Source of the DNA: Gloeobacterales cyanobacterium
GTDB lineage: Bacteria > Cyanobacteriota > Cyanobacteriia > Gloeobacterales > PMM-0068
Length of the DNA stretch: 64,000 nt
Direction: 5' to 3'
Assembly (NCBI GenBank): GCA_038245785.1
Contig: JBBRSB010000001.1
Location: 256,001-320,000, forward strand
Below the pieces are notes generated by a model. The model worked only from the letters and a program-made list of their open reading frames with translations. It was not told where the DNA came from and made no database searches. The position numbers were made by a program, and so were the translations under genes. Of this stretch, positions 38,690 through 49,944 are shown one piece after another; positions within the stretch are counted from its first letter, which is position 1, and each line of letters starts with the position of its first letter.

Positions 38690-39097
38690 ATGAAACGCTA
38701 CGCCATAAATCTCGCTTTAGTACCTATTTTCTCCATGGGCATATCCACTGCAGCTTTAGCCATGTATCCCCTTATGCCTCTTATGCATAATGAATCTCAG
38801 AAAATCAGTCAAATGGCTAAGACAGGAAAAGCGGTGAAAACCGCTACGGTGATTATCGATGGCTTTCAATTTACACCGGATAATCTAGTGCTTAAAAAAG
38901 GGGGCAAGGTGACTTTTATGAACAAAGATTCCACTTCCCACACCGTTACACCAGAGGAAGGGTCAAAGTTCGTGGGAACGGGGCGTTTAGAAAAAGATGC
39001 CCCCTCTAAAACAGTCACGTTTACAACAATGGGTGAACAGAATTATTTCTGTGAAATTCATCCCAGTATGAAGGGCAAAATCACCGTTGTTCCTTAA
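38690..39097 (+). CDS. Secreted cupredoxin (plastocyanin/amicyanin-like type-1 copper protein)
   Basis: Signal peptide; NKDSTSHTVT and YFCEIHPSMKG ligands. Confidence 0.88.
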   Translation: MKRYAINLALVPIFSMGISTAALAMYPLMPLMHNESQKISQMAKTGKAVKTATVIIDGFQFTPDNLVLKKGGKVTFMNKDSTSHTVTPEEGSKFVGTGRLEKDAPSKTVTFTTMGEQNYFCEIHPSMKGKITVVP

Positions 39098-39183
39098 GAA
39101 ACGGAGACTTGAACAAGGGGATAGAGAAAAAGGTAGTTTATATTCGGTAGGAGCGTCTGTCTATAGAAATCATTGGGGTCTAT

Positions 39184-40128
39184 ATGGATAGAATTACTTC
39201 TAATCGAAATAGCTTCAAACAGGATTTGACAATAAAAAGCTTCTCCCAATTCCTGCTTAAGCTTCTAGGTGCTTTTTTAACGTTGTTACTCGCTGTATAT
39301 TGTGCTGCCTGTGTTTTCCTCTATATTCGACAGGCACACTATATCTTCGTCCCGGAAAGAGATATCAAAGTTACCCCTGCAGATTATCAGCTCAACTATC
39401 AAGATATTTACATACCTGTTTCTACTCCTACAGGCAAGACAGAAAAAATTCACGGGTGGTGGATTCCTAATGCCAATAAAAATGCCAAAACCCTCCTCTA
39501 TCTGCATGGAAACAGCGTTAGTGTCGGAGCGAACGCAGAACATGCCACCCGCTTACATAATCTCGGGTTTTCTGTCCTTTTGGTTGATTATCGGGGCTTT
39601 GGACGAAGTGATGGAGAATTCCCTTCCGAATCTCAAGTTTATGAAGATGCCCAAGCAGCCTGGAACTATTTAGTAAAGAAACAAAAGGCCCGAAATATTT
39701 TTATATATGGTCATTCTCTTGGAGGAGCGGTTGCGGTAGATCTCGCGGTGCACCATCCAGAAGCTGCGGGCCTGATTGTGGAAAGTTCGTTCACTTCTAT
39801 CCTGGATCTGGCTTCTCGCTATTCATGGACTCAGTTCTTTCCCATGCCCCTGCTCCTGACGCAGCGATTCGATTCCCTCTCTAAGGTGAAATACCTCAAA
39901 GTACCGGTTCTTTTCATTCATGGCACAGCGGATCAGACTATTTCTTTTCAAATGAGTCAGCGCTTATTTGCTGCGGCTCCCGCACCTAAACAGTTGGAAC
40001 TAGTGCCCAATGCAGACCATGGGAATGATGCTATCGTTGCAGGTCCACGCTACCTGGAAGTGGTTCAAAATTTTGTGCAGATGGTCAGTGCTCCTACGAA
40101 CCCCGTGGTATCTCAGGGGTCTTCATGA
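39184..40128 (+). CDS. Membrane-anchored alpha/beta hydrolase, paralog 1
   Basis: LYLHGN, DYRGFGRS, GHSLGG, IHGTAD, DHG. Confidence 0.9.
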   Translation: MDRITSNRNSFKQDLTIKSFSQFLLKLLGAFLTLLLAVYCAACVFLYIRQAHYIFVPERDIKVTPADYQLNYQDIYIPVSTPTGKTEKIHGWWIPNANKNAKTLLYLHGNSVSVGANAEHATRLHNLGFSVLLVDYRGFGRSDGEFPSESQVYEDAQAAWNYLVKKQKARNIFIYGHSLGGAVAVDLAVHHPEAAGLIVESSFTSILDLASRYSWTQFFPMPLLLTQRFDSLSKVKYLKVPVLFIHGTADQTISFQMSQRLFAAAPAPKQLELVPNADHGNDAIVAGPRYLEVVQNFVQMVSAPTNPVVSQGSS

Positions 40129-40211
40129 AAAATCATTTGGATTCTAGAGCAGCAATCTATAAATTTCCATAATCAGGCATATTGTAGGTACTTATTCCTG
40201 CCCCTAACTGA

Positions 40212-41105
40212 ATGTTCGTACGCAAACTATCATGGCCAAATATTTTTAAGAGTTTGAGCATTCTCTTCATCCTCTTTTATATTGCTGTCTGTGGCTTCCT
40301 CTATTTCCGTCAGAACTATTTTATTTACGATCCAGAGCGGCAAATTCGAGCTACTCCTGCGCTTTATCATCTGCCCTATCAGGAGGTTGAGCTTCCTATC
40401 ACAACCCAAAGTCAGAAGATTGAGAAAATACAGGGTTGGTGGATTCCTGCTGTCCAGAAGAATGCTAAAACGCTTCTATACCTCCATGGGAAGGGGGCCA
40501 ATATGGGTAAAGACGCTGAACGGGTTAGCCAGTTTCACCAGCTTGGGCTGTCTGTCTTTTTGATTGACTATAGAGGTTTTGGTAAAAGTGAAGGGGCCTT
40601 TCCCTCTGAAACTCAAATCTATGAGGATGCTGAGCAGGCTTGGCAATATCTGATTCAAAAGTTAAAGCTAAATCCTAAACATGTATTTGTCTATGGTCAT
40701 TCGCTGGGCGGAGCGATTGCTATTGAGTTAGCGCTTCATCATTCTCAAATACCAGGATTAATCATAGAAAGTTCGTTCACCGCCATGCGCGATATGGCTA
40801 TTAGAACGGATTGGTGGGCTTCCTATATTCCTTTAGATTTTCTGCTCACTCAGAAATTCGATTCCCGGTCAAAAATTAAAATGCTTAGAATGCCAATTTT
40901 ATTTATTCACGGTACCGCCGATGCGATGATTCCCTACGAGATGAGTGAACAATTATTTGCGATGACCACTTCACCGAAGAAGCTCTTGCTAATTCCTCAA
41001 GGCGACCACGACCACAATTTTAAAATTGGAAAAGCTCAATATATGGAGGCTATCCGGGATTTTGTCTTGCATACCCCTCAGTCCCTACGGGACAGCTCCC
41101 CTTAG
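40212..41105 (+). CDS. Membrane-anchored alpha/beta hydrolase, paralog 2
   Basis: Same motifs (GHSLGG, IHGTAD, GDH); stop codon lies inside the downstream element. Confidence 0.9.
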   Translation: MFVRKLSWPNIFKSLSILFILFYIAVCGFLYFRQNYFIYDPERQIRATPALYHLPYQEVELPITTQSQKIEKIQGWWIPAVQKNAKTLLYLHGKGANMGKDAERVSQFHQLGLSVFLIDYRGFGKSEGAFPSETQIYEDAEQAWQYLIQKLKLNPKHVFVYGHSLGGAIAIELALHHSQIPGLIIESSFTAMRDMAIRTDWWASYIPLDFLLTQKFDSRSKIKMLRMPILFIHGTADAMIPYEMSEQLFAMTTSPKKLLLIPQGDHDHNFKIGKAQYMEAIRDFVLHTPQSLRDSSP

Positions 41106-41375
41106 AGGGGAGCCCATACTGGGAGAAGAAGGATGGCTTGGATTTGGCTACAGACGCTGCCAAAGTGATAGCTCCCAGCATGGATGAAATAGACTACTCG
41201 CAGGCCTAAACTTTCTAACGCGGGAGTGGAGCTACCGCGCATCTTGCAGGCCCTAGGGGGAGCTTGTTCATATGATTGTTCTCGTATCCCCTCAGTTCTA
41301 CCCTTGCACCCGCAGTTTTCTCTGACCACAGAAGTCTCCCCTCTAAGGGGAGCTGTCCCGTAGGGACTGAGGGGT
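41073..41375. mobile_element. Miniature inverted-repeat element, copy 2, with DUF559 endonuclease remnant
   Basis: Perfect 40 bp inverted repeats 41073-41112 / 41336-41375; interior homologous to 18861-19161; minus strand reads RACKMRGSSTPA-LESLGLRVVYF...FGSVCSQIQA. Confidence 0.78.
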
Positions 41376-41402
41376 TGGATCATAGCCTTTCCGAAGAATG
41401 AA

Positions 41403-41963
41403 TCAGCCTCCCAAAGTTGGGGGCTTCCCAGATCCATGCAGGAGGTTCATTTGTTTCAGGTAAGCTGCATAGCCTAAATGCTCCAAACGGGCTTCTTTTT
41501 GGGAGACTTCTTGATTGAGTTGCGCCTGGTAGGCAAGCATTTTATCCAAGAGTTCGGGAATCCCGGTACTGAGGATGCGAATTGCTAAAAGACCAGCATT
41601 TTTTGCATTGCCAATCGCGACAGTGGCCACAGGAATTCCTCCAGGCATTTGCACAATCGAATACAGCGAATCAACCCCACCTAGTTGTTTGGTCGGCACG
41701 GGGACACCAATGACGGGTAGGGGAGATAGAGAAGCGACCATGCCGGGCAGATGAGCAGCACCTCCCGCTCCAGCAATAATCACTTTAATGCCCCGCAGAT
41801 GGGCTTGCTGTGCAAATTGAACCATCATTTCCGGAGTGCGATGGGCCGACACAATTTTTACTTCGTGCGTGACTTCGAAGGCTTCTAAAATCTTGACGGC
41901 TTCACTCATCACGGGCAAGTCCGAATCACTGCCCATAATCACGCTGACTAAACAATTGTCCAC
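41403..41963 (-). CDS. purE: N5-CAIR mutase
   Basis: [38 protein letters not shown]. Confidence 0.97.
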   Translation of the reverse strand: MDNCLVSVIMGSDSDLPVMSEAVKILEAFEVTHEVKIVSAHRTPEMMVQFAQQAHLRGIKVIIAGAGGAAHLPGMVASLSPLPVIGVPVPTKQLGGVDSLYSIVQMPGGIPVATVAIGNAKNAGLLAIRILSTGIPELLDKMLAYQAQLNQEVSQKEARLEHLGYAAYLKQMNLLHGSGKPPTLGG

Positions 41964-41980
41964 GCACTTCTCCGCATTAG

Positions 41981-43153
41981 TTAAACGTTCAGGAGCTTAC
42001 GGGCTTGCCATGCCCGTTGGTAAACCGCTTCCAGATTATCGCCCAAGACAGTGATGTGCCCTAGTTTGCGACTAGGACGAGCCGCCTTGCCGTACCAGTG
42101 AAAGTGCACATCTTCTAGCACTAGGAGCGGTGAGAGGTTGAGCGCACCTGGAGCCTCAACCTCTCCCAAAATGTTGACCATGACTGCTGCCGGACGAACG
42201 AGATCCGTACTGCCCAAGGGCCAATCCAAAATTGCCCGCAAATGTTGTTCAAACTGGCTCGTGACGCACCCTTCAATCGTGAAATGACCTGAATTATGGG
42301 GACGGGGCGCAAGTTCATTAATCCAGAGTTTGCCACTCGTTTCCTGAAAGAGTTCAACAGCGACAATCCCGACTCCTTGCACGGCTTCTACCGCCGCTCG
42401 GGCAAGTTGAGTCGCCTGTTCTTGGAGGGCAGTCGGGATAGCAGCGGGGGCCAAGACCACATGACAAACCTCCCCTACCTGCTGGGTTTCAACAACCGGA
42501 TAGCTCTTGATTTGGCCGGAGGGACTTCGCGCTACGAGAACGGCGAGTTCTCGTTCGAAGGGAATATACTGCTCCACCAAAAGAGGTTGCCGCGCAAATT
42601 TTTTCCAAATCGCATCCCAGTCATCCCCAGGGCGCAAAATAGCGGTCCCTTGCCCGTCATAGCCCTGTTTTCGGGTTTTCAAAACGACAGTTGGCCCATA
42701 GACTTTGGCAAAAGCCAGGAGGTCATCATAGGTTTCTACGCCCTCAAAAGCTGGAACGGGTAAGTCATACTTTTTGAGGTGCTGCCTTTGACCATATTTG
42801 TCCTGAATCCAGGTCAGTGTCTGTGGATGAGGCCAAATTGGAGTAGCGTATTGTTGAGCGATGGCAGCAAGGACCGCCCCATCGACCCATTCGTTTTCTA
42901 CCGTTAGCACATCTGCATGCTGAGCCAAGACTCCCAAAAGCTCAGGGTCTTCCAGACTGCCCACCAGTGCTTGACTCACCTGAGCCGCACTTTCCTGTGG
43001 ATCATTCGCCAAAATTTGGGTCTGAATTCCCATACGGTGGGCCGCTAGAGCCAACATCCGCCCCAACTGTCCCCCACCAATGATGCCTACGCGCTTGCTG
43101 TAGGACTGGAGCGGTTGAGATTCTGTTTTGACCAAAGCTAATGACTGTTCCAA
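41981..43153 (-). CDS. purK: N5-CAIR synthetase
   Basis: [40 protein letters not shown]. Confidence 0.96.
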   Translation of the reverse strand: MEQSLALVKTESQPLQSYSKRVGIIGGGQLGRMLALAAHRMGIQTQILANDPQESAAQVSQALVGSLEDPELLGVLAQHADVLTVENEWVDGAVLAAIAQQYATPIWPHPQTLTWIQDKYGQRQHLKKYDLPVPAFEGVETYDDLLAFAKVYGPTVVLKTRKQGYDGQGTAILRPGDDWDAIWKKFARQPLLVEQYIPFERELAVLVARSPSGQIKSYPVVETQQVGEVCHVVLAPAAIPTALQEQATQLARAAVEAVQGVGIVAVELFQETSGKLWINELAPRPHNSGHFTIEGCVTSQFEQHLRAILDWPLGSTDLVRPAAVMVNILGEVEAPGALNLSPLLVLEDVHFHWYGKAARPSRKLGHITVLGDNLEAVYQRAWQARKLLNV

Positions 43154-43311
43154 AAGACTAAATGGATACGACCCTGTAATTCTCGCTCAAGTGGGCACTC
43201 TTCCGATGGGTCTATCTTAAGATTTTGCTGCATACATAGATTTTCCGTTTTCCCCTCACCTTGCCTGAAGGTTCATGGTTGGGTCCCATTCTGGATATCC
43301 TAAAAATTTCG

Positions 43312-43353
43312 GCGTACGGTAGAGACTTCATATATGAAGTCTCTACCGTACGC
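43312..43353. repeat. 42 bp perfect palindrome of the GTAGAGAC REP type
   Basis: gcgtacggtagagacttcata|tatgaagtctctaccgtacgc. Confidence 0.85.
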
Positions 43354-43496
43354 AAACAGGGGATGAATGCCATTGGGTGGAACGGTATGCCCATCCAGAA
43401 ATACAAAATTGCCTAGATATTGTATCGGCAGCACCTGTAGCATGACATGACCAAGCCCTCTTGCACCATGGCTTCCGTAGGACCCTGCAGGCGGGA

Positions 43497-44606
43497 TTAA
43501 GGGGTGTAGACCGTAGGTCGTGCGGAGCGGGTCCGTTGAATCAATGCTCCTAACTCTGCCAGGTCCTGACCTTCTCGATGGAGCCAGAAGAGGTTGCCCT
43601 CGGCGCGGTGACGATAGATCCAGCCACTCAGCATGTGCACTTCATCCAAGCGGTCCTGAGGTAAGGTAAAACAAGGCTGATCATTGGGTTGTGTATAGTT
43701 TTTTTGATAGAAGCTTTTAAGCTGCTTTCTAATCGTTGGCATGGAAGCCGTGGTGTTGAATTCATGGGTGGCCAGGAGGGTTCCAGATTGTACCCAAAAT
43801 ACTTGAGCCGTTCCCTTGACTTGGCCAGGATAGACCATCACCAGGTCTAAAACGACCCGTTCACGAACCAAATTCTGACGCTGGAGAAATCCCTCTAAGG
43901 CAAACAGACGATTGCGCCACTGGGCAGCCCGTTCAAAAGCTTCTTGCGTAGCACAGGATTCCATTTGTTCATGGAAGTGCTGCAACACCTCTTTGGAGGC
44001 GCTGGCTTCTCCCCGGAGCATAGCCCGTAGCTGTTCTATAGGGGTGTGGTACGCTTCTTCATCCACCCAGCCACGACAAGGGGCTAGACACTTGCCCAAT
44101 TGGTCCAAGAGGCAGCCTTGACGAATCGCGGAAAGGTCCTTACAGGCACGCAGTCCAAGCGCTTCATTCAAGAGACTGGCCATCCAATCAACGGTTCTGG
44201 CCTTGACATAGGGACCATAGTATTCGGCCCCATCATTCCTCAGGCTCCGCGTCAAATGCAGCCGAGGGAAGGGCTCGTGGACTGTGAGGCGTAAAAAAGG
44301 ATAGTGCTGATAGCGACGCTGTAACCGATTAAAGGGCGGCAAATGCTTCTTGATCAGCTGATTTTCTAAGATGAGCGCGGCTAGCTCAGAGCCAGTGGAG
44401 GCTATCTCCACCGTAGAAGCTTCAAATTTCAGGCGTTGGGTCGGACGAGAGTGGCCCCCTTCCTTGCGAAAGTAAGACCGGACACGGGTTTTAAGCTTTA
44501 CAGATTTGCCGACATAGAGAATCTCTTCTCGGCAATTGCGGAATAGATAAATACCTGGAGTGTCCGGCAATTCTGCCAGTTGGTCGATGGAAACGCGCAC
44601 AGACAC
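43497..44606 (-). CDS. GIY-YIG excinuclease, UvrC N-terminal-like (Cho-like)
   Basis: LPDTPGIYLF...YVGKS..LKTRVRSYF, Cys cluster, UVR motif FERAAQWRN; too short for the UvrC RNase H/HhH half. Confidence 0.85.
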   Translation of the reverse strand: MSVRVSIDQLAELPDTPGIYLFRNCREEILYVGKSVKLKTRVRSYFRKEGGHSRPTQRLKFEASTVEIASTGSELAALILENQLIKKHLPPFNRLQRRYQHYPFLRLTVHEPFPRLHLTRSLRNDGAEYYGPYVKARTVDWMASLLNEALGLRACKDLSAIRQGCLLDQLGKCLAPCRGWVDEEAYHTPIEQLRAMLRGEASASKEVLQHFHEQMESCATQEAFERAAQWRNRLFALEGFLQRQNLVRERVVLDLVMVYPGQVKGTAQVFWVQSGTLLATHEFNTTASMPTIRKQLKSFYQKNYTQPNDQPCFTLPQDRLDEVHMLSGWIYRHRAEGNLFWLHREGQDLAELGALIQRTRSARPTVYTP

Positions 44607-44659
44607 TGATCCGTTTTTACAGATTGAAAAGTAAAACAGGGATTTGGATGAGTCCAGGC

Positions 44660-44767
44660 CTAGTCAGGCTCGCCCTCAATAAATATGTACAGGGCGATAA
44701 GCGAAATCACAGGGAACACCAACCCGACGGCATAGACCAGGAAGGGATATACATTCGCACCAGGCAT
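44660..44767 (-). CDS. psaI: Photosystem I small subunit, PsaI/PsaZ-like (35 aa)
   Basis: Read manually: MPGANVYPFLVYAVGLVFPVISLIALYIFIEGEPD*; single TM with the P...GLVFP...IE pattern; AAGGA RBS upstream. Confidence 0.75.
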   Translation of the reverse strand: MPGANVYPFLVYAVGLVFPVISLIALYIFIEGEPD

Positions 44768-44869
44768 AGAAGTCTTCCTTTAAACAACTTGCTAGGGTAG
44801 TGTACTGGTGGGGTCTAAGCAAAAAGCGCCCTGTACATACTTCTTTACAACATTCGGCTTCTTAACAAT

Positions 44870-45364
44870 ATGGATCTCTATTTCATCCGCCACGGAATCG
44901 CTGTGAAACGAGGCACTACGGGCCTTGATGATGAGCAGCGTCCGCTTACCCCAGAAGGTAGGCGCAAAACTGCTCTAATTGCCCAGAATTTAGAGCATCG
45001 TGGTATTCGCTTTCAATATCTTTTAGTAAGCCCCTTAGTGCGCGCTCAGCAAACCGCTGTTATTTTGGAAAAATGTGGATTAAGCAAGACCTTCGATACC
45101 TATCTTCCCCTTGCGCCAGGAGGTTCTCTGGAACAGTTTAGGCAGGAGTGGCTGTCAAAGCCAGACCTCAAAAGTGTTGCTTTGGTAGGCCATGAACCAG
45201 ATTTAAGCGGATGGGCAGAGATGATACTCTTGGGAGAGGTTCATGGCATCTTGCACTTAAAGAAGGCTGGACTGATTAAAATCTCTTTGGAAGAGCCAGA
45301 ACGGGACAAAGCAAAGTTAGTTCTGGTTCTCTCACCCAAAGTTTTGATAGAAGCTCAAGGTTAG
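44870..45364 (+). CDS. sixA: Phosphohistidine phosphatase
   Basis: IRHGIA, RPLT, SPLVRAQQTA, VGHEPDL. Confidence 0.93.
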   Translation: MDLYFIRHGIAVKRGTTGLDDEQRPLTPEGRRKTALIAQNLEHRGIRFQYLLVSPLVRAQQTAVILEKCGLSKTFDTYLPLAPGGSLEQFRQEWLSKPDLKSVALVGHEPDLSGWAEMILLGEVHGILHLKKAGLIKISLEEPERDKAKLVLVLSPKVLIEAQG

Positions 45365-45371
45365 ATTCGCT

Positions 45372-45782
45372 GTGAAACCGGAACCTATTGATCTCCAGGA
45401 ACAATATCCCTGTCCACGCTGTAAGAAGGGCAATCTCCAAGCCATCGTTCTGACAGAGGCTTTTGGCTGCGACCGCTGCCAGCAGATTTTCGGATTGAGC
45501 GAAGACAATCAGACCATAGAGCAGCTTTCGACAAGCTATCCCTATACCAAGACCTGGCAATGGGTTTCAGAAGGCTGGCGTAGTAAAGACCGTGGTTTGA
45601 GCGAGAACTATCTTCCTTTGGTTTTAGGCTCTCTTGCCATTCCTCTACTTATGACATTCTGGCTGCCTCGATATTTTCAACTACCGCCCGGACCTGGAGT
45701 TGTATTGTGGATTACGATCACTTTTTTAGTAATGACCCTGCCGTCTCTCATGCTGTGGCTGGTTTTCCGGGATAGTCGCTAA
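45372..45782 (+). CDS. Cyanobacterial Zn-ribbon membrane protein
   Basis: YPCPRC...LTEAFGCDRC plus two TM helices. Confidence 0.7.
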   Translation: MKPEPIDLQEQYPCPRCKKGNLQAIVLTEAFGCDRCQQIFGLSEDNQTIEQLSTSYPYTKTWQWVSEGWRSKDRGLSENYLPLVLGSLAIPLLMTFWLPRYFQLPPGPGVVLWITITFLVMTLPSLMLWLVFRDSR

Positions 45783-45901
45783 ATGCAACCTTGGACACAT
45801 CACATTCCTAGGATATTCTGGTAAAAGTTAAGAACTCTTCACGACGCCAGCTTCCTGGTTGTTCGTCTTAGTCCTAACCAGTCCTAGCGTTGTTATTCTG
45901 A

Positions 45902-47188
<1,287 letters not shown>

Positions 47189-47219
47189 GTTTTCTTTGTG
47201 GACGACTCACTGAATAACG

Positions 47220-47243
47220 AACGGCCTCCGGGCCGTTTTTTAT
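47220..47243 (+). terminator. Rho-independent terminator of ahcY
   Basis: aacggcc-tccg-ggccgtt followed by a T run. Confidence 0.8.
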
Positions 47244-47327
47244 TGTTCAGCGAAAAAATAGGCAATCTTACCGAGGGAGGGAATCCAGCCTCACATCCCT
47301 CTCAGATCCCTCAGGTAAACAACTAAC

Positions 47328-47678
47328 CTATCTTTTCCGATTACCTCTACATGCATCTCGGTTCTGTTCTTGCTGGATAAGCGCTCCAGCACCAGCACCC
47401 ACGGCTCCACCGATAAGGCCACCGCCCGTTAGTAACCCAGCCCCAGCCCCATAGGCCGCTCCTTTGGTTACATTATTATTACGCTCGTCGGAACCACAGG
47501 AAAGATTAGGACTGAGCACGCTATTAATTCCCGTATTCCTTTGAGACTGTTCGGTACTGGCACCCGCCTCATATCGCTTGGACTTTGCTTCTGCAGAGGA
47601 AACGGAAGCAAACGGCAGTATGGACAATGCCAATAAACCAGCGAAAACTACATTGCAAACTTTGCTCACTTTCATCAT
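47328..47678 (-). CDS. Secreted glycine-zipper protein
   Basis: Signal peptide; GAAYGAGAGLLTGGGLIGGAVGAGAG flanked by two Cys. Confidence 0.7.
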   Translation of the reverse strand: MMKVSKVCNVVFAGLLALSILPFASVSSAEAKSKRYEAGASTEQSQRNTGINSVLSPNLSCGSDERNNNVTKGAAYGAGAGLLTGGGLIGGAVGAGAGALIQQEQNRDACRGNRKR

Positions 47679-47917
47679 TTATTTCCCTTACCTCAGGGCA
47701 CAAATAGATACACAAGCTAAGATTTCTGTATCCTAAGCTTGGACTCATGGTTACAGAGCAAAACTAACATTCTGCCCTAACTAGATCATCCACCATTTGG
47801 AAGATGACTGCAATAGTCAATTTCTTCAAAGTAGCCCTGAAAAAAGAAAGTACAGGAGAAACATTGTGCCTAATATAAAAGTACATAGATAAGCCCGCTG
47901 CACTGTAGAGAAATATT

Positions 47918-49303
47918 ATGAAACCGCTAAAATCGCTTGATGGTCCCAAGGATCTACCGCTGTGGCAGCTTATTCAGTGGATTGCCCATCCTCTTCAGTA
48001 TCTAGAGCGTAATGCCCATCGCTATGGTGACCGCTTTAGAGGAAGCTTTCTGCGTTTCCCTAATATTGTTTTCTTGAGCGATCCAGAAGCTCTTGAAAAA
48101 CTTTTTACCGAGAATCCTGAACAGTTTGATGGGGGCTGTGCGAACACTTTAATCAAGCCGATACTGGGCAACAATTCACTCTTGATGCTCGATGGGGAAC
48201 GACACAAGCGCCATCGGCAGCTCTTGATGCCTCCCTTTCATGGGGACCGGATGCGGGCTTACGGGCAGCTTATTTGCCAGATTACGGAACAGGTTACGGA
48301 CCAATGGACGGAGAACAAACCTTTTCTGGCGCGTTCTGCTATGCAGGCAATCTCGCTGCAAGTGATGCTCCGAGCTGTATTTGGTTTGGAAGAAGGAGAA
48401 CGATACCGACAACTCCAGCAACTCCTCAGTTCTTTACTGGAATTATCACTCTCCTCGCTGGGGAATATTCTGCTTTTCTTTCCCTTTGCCCAGCGTGATT
48501 TGGGCTCTTGGAGTCCTTGGGGACGCTTCCTAGAGCAGAAACGACGCATCAACCAGCTAATTTACGCTGAGATCCGGGAACGTCGGGCACAGCCTAATTC
48601 TTCCCGTACCGATATTCTCAGCGTCCTGATGGCTGCCCGTGATGCAGAGGGACAGCCAATGACGGAGGAAGAACTGCTAGACGAATTGATGACGCTTTTG
48701 GTGGCGGGTCATGAAACAACGGCAACGGCGCTCACCTGGGCCTTGTATTGGATTCACCATCTACCAGATGTCAAAGCAAAGCTTTTGCATGAGTTGGATA
48801 CACTAGGAAAAAACCCTGACCCTAGCGATATTACGCGGCTTCCCTATCTGAGTGCCATCTGTTCAGAAACGCTGCGCATCTATCCGGTTGCGATTATTCC
48901 TACCCCGCGCATAGTTCTCTCCCCGATTGCGTTCTTGGGTTATGAATTTGAACCGGGGACGCTGCTAATCCCCTCTATTTACTCGGCCCATCACCGTCAG
49001 CAAACCTATCCCAACCCGAAACAATTCAGACCGGAAAGATTTCTGGAACGTCAATTTTCGCCCTATGAATACTTGCCCTTTGGCGGGAGTAACCGTCGTT
49101 GTATTGGGGCCGCGTTTGCCCTCTTCGAGATGAAACTGATTCTGGCTACGGTGATGTCGCACTTCCAGTTAGCTCTGGCTGATGATAAGACTGTTCAACC
49201 TGTGCGCCGTGGGCCTACGATCGCTCCTGGCAGTGGTGTGCCGATGGTGATGACGGGTAAGCGTTCAGAGAAAGAACGTTTAGTCCCTGTTTCTGCGAAG
49301 TAA
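47918..49303 (+). CDS. Cytochrome P450 (CYP110-like), paralog of 7453-8844
   Basis: AGHETT, ETLR, PERF, FGGSNRRCIG. Confidence 0.95.
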   Translation: MKPLKSLDGPKDLPLWQLIQWIAHPLQYLERNAHRYGDRFRGSFLRFPNIVFLSDPEALEKLFTENPEQFDGGCANTLIKPILGNNSLLMLDGERHKRHRQLLMPPFHGDRMRAYGQLICQITEQVTDQWTENKPFLARSAMQAISLQVMLRAVFGLEEGERYRQLQQLLSSLLELSLSSLGNILLFFPFAQRDLGSWSPWGRFLEQKRRINQLIYAEIRERRAQPNSSRTDILSVLMAARDAEGQPMTEEELLDELMTLLVAGHETTATALTWALYWIHHLPDVKAKLLHELDTLGKNPDPSDITRLPYLSAICSETLRIYPVAIIPTPRIVLSPIAFLGYEFEPGTLLIPSIYSAHHRQQTYPNPKQFRPERFLERQFSPYEYLPFGGSNRRCIGAAFALFEMKLILATVMSHFQLALADDKTVQPVRRGPTIAPGSGVPMVMTGKRSEKERLVPVSAK

Positions 49304-49351
49304 CCTTCCTATGAGTTTGTTCATCCTCGTTAAGGACGCGACGGCGACCGA

Positions 49352-49828
49352 TTAATCGGGATACCAGAACATCCCTTTGATACCTTCTGGATCTTGCACA
49401 AAGCCGAGGCGGCGATAGAAATCCACGACCTGAGGGTCGGCGAAGAGGGTGACATTGCTGATGTCTGCGCTGCGCAACTCCATAATCACGCGGTCTACCA
49501 GCTTTTTGCCTAAACCTTTGCTCTGATAGTCGGGATGGACCACCACATCCCAAAGCGTGGCATTAAAAGCATGATCCGAAGTGGCGCGGGCAAAACCAAC
49601 CAATCGCTTGTAGTCATTGCGGCTATGGTACATGGATACCACGCAGAAGCTGTGGTCAATCGCTTTTTTGACCTTTTTGATCGGTCTACGCGACCAGCCG
49701 ACGGCATCACAGAGCTCTTCTAATTCGTAAAGGTCAATCTCTCGGTCGGTGGAGAAGGAAATGCTGCCAGTATCTTCAGACAGATTTTCATCTTCTACGC
49801 TAGGGAAAAACTTTTTCCAAAAACTCAT
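49352..49828 (-). CDS. GNAT acetyltransferase, Ycf52-like
   Basis: [45 protein letters not shown]. Confidence 0.88.
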   Translation of the reverse strand: MSFWKKFFPSVEDENLSEDTGSISFSTDREIDLYELEELCDAVGWSRRPIKKVKKAIDHSFCVVSMYHSRNDYKRLVGFARATSDHAFNATLWDVVVHPDYQSKGLGKKLVDRVIMELRSADISNVTLFADPQVVDFYRRLGFVQDPEGIKGMFWYPD

Positions 49829-49944
49829 AGTGTTGGGGACGGTCGCTATTCAGTAGTGTACTCCGTACCTACCGCTTGCGTCGTTCTTTCCTAGGGAATA
49901 AGGTTGCCTGATTGTGGGATCGTTTTTAGCCCAATTGTGTTTCA

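Noticed and set aside
39184..41105. Tandem hydrolase paralogs as a novel system
   Set aside because: Ordinary duplication of a common family with intact catalytic motifs
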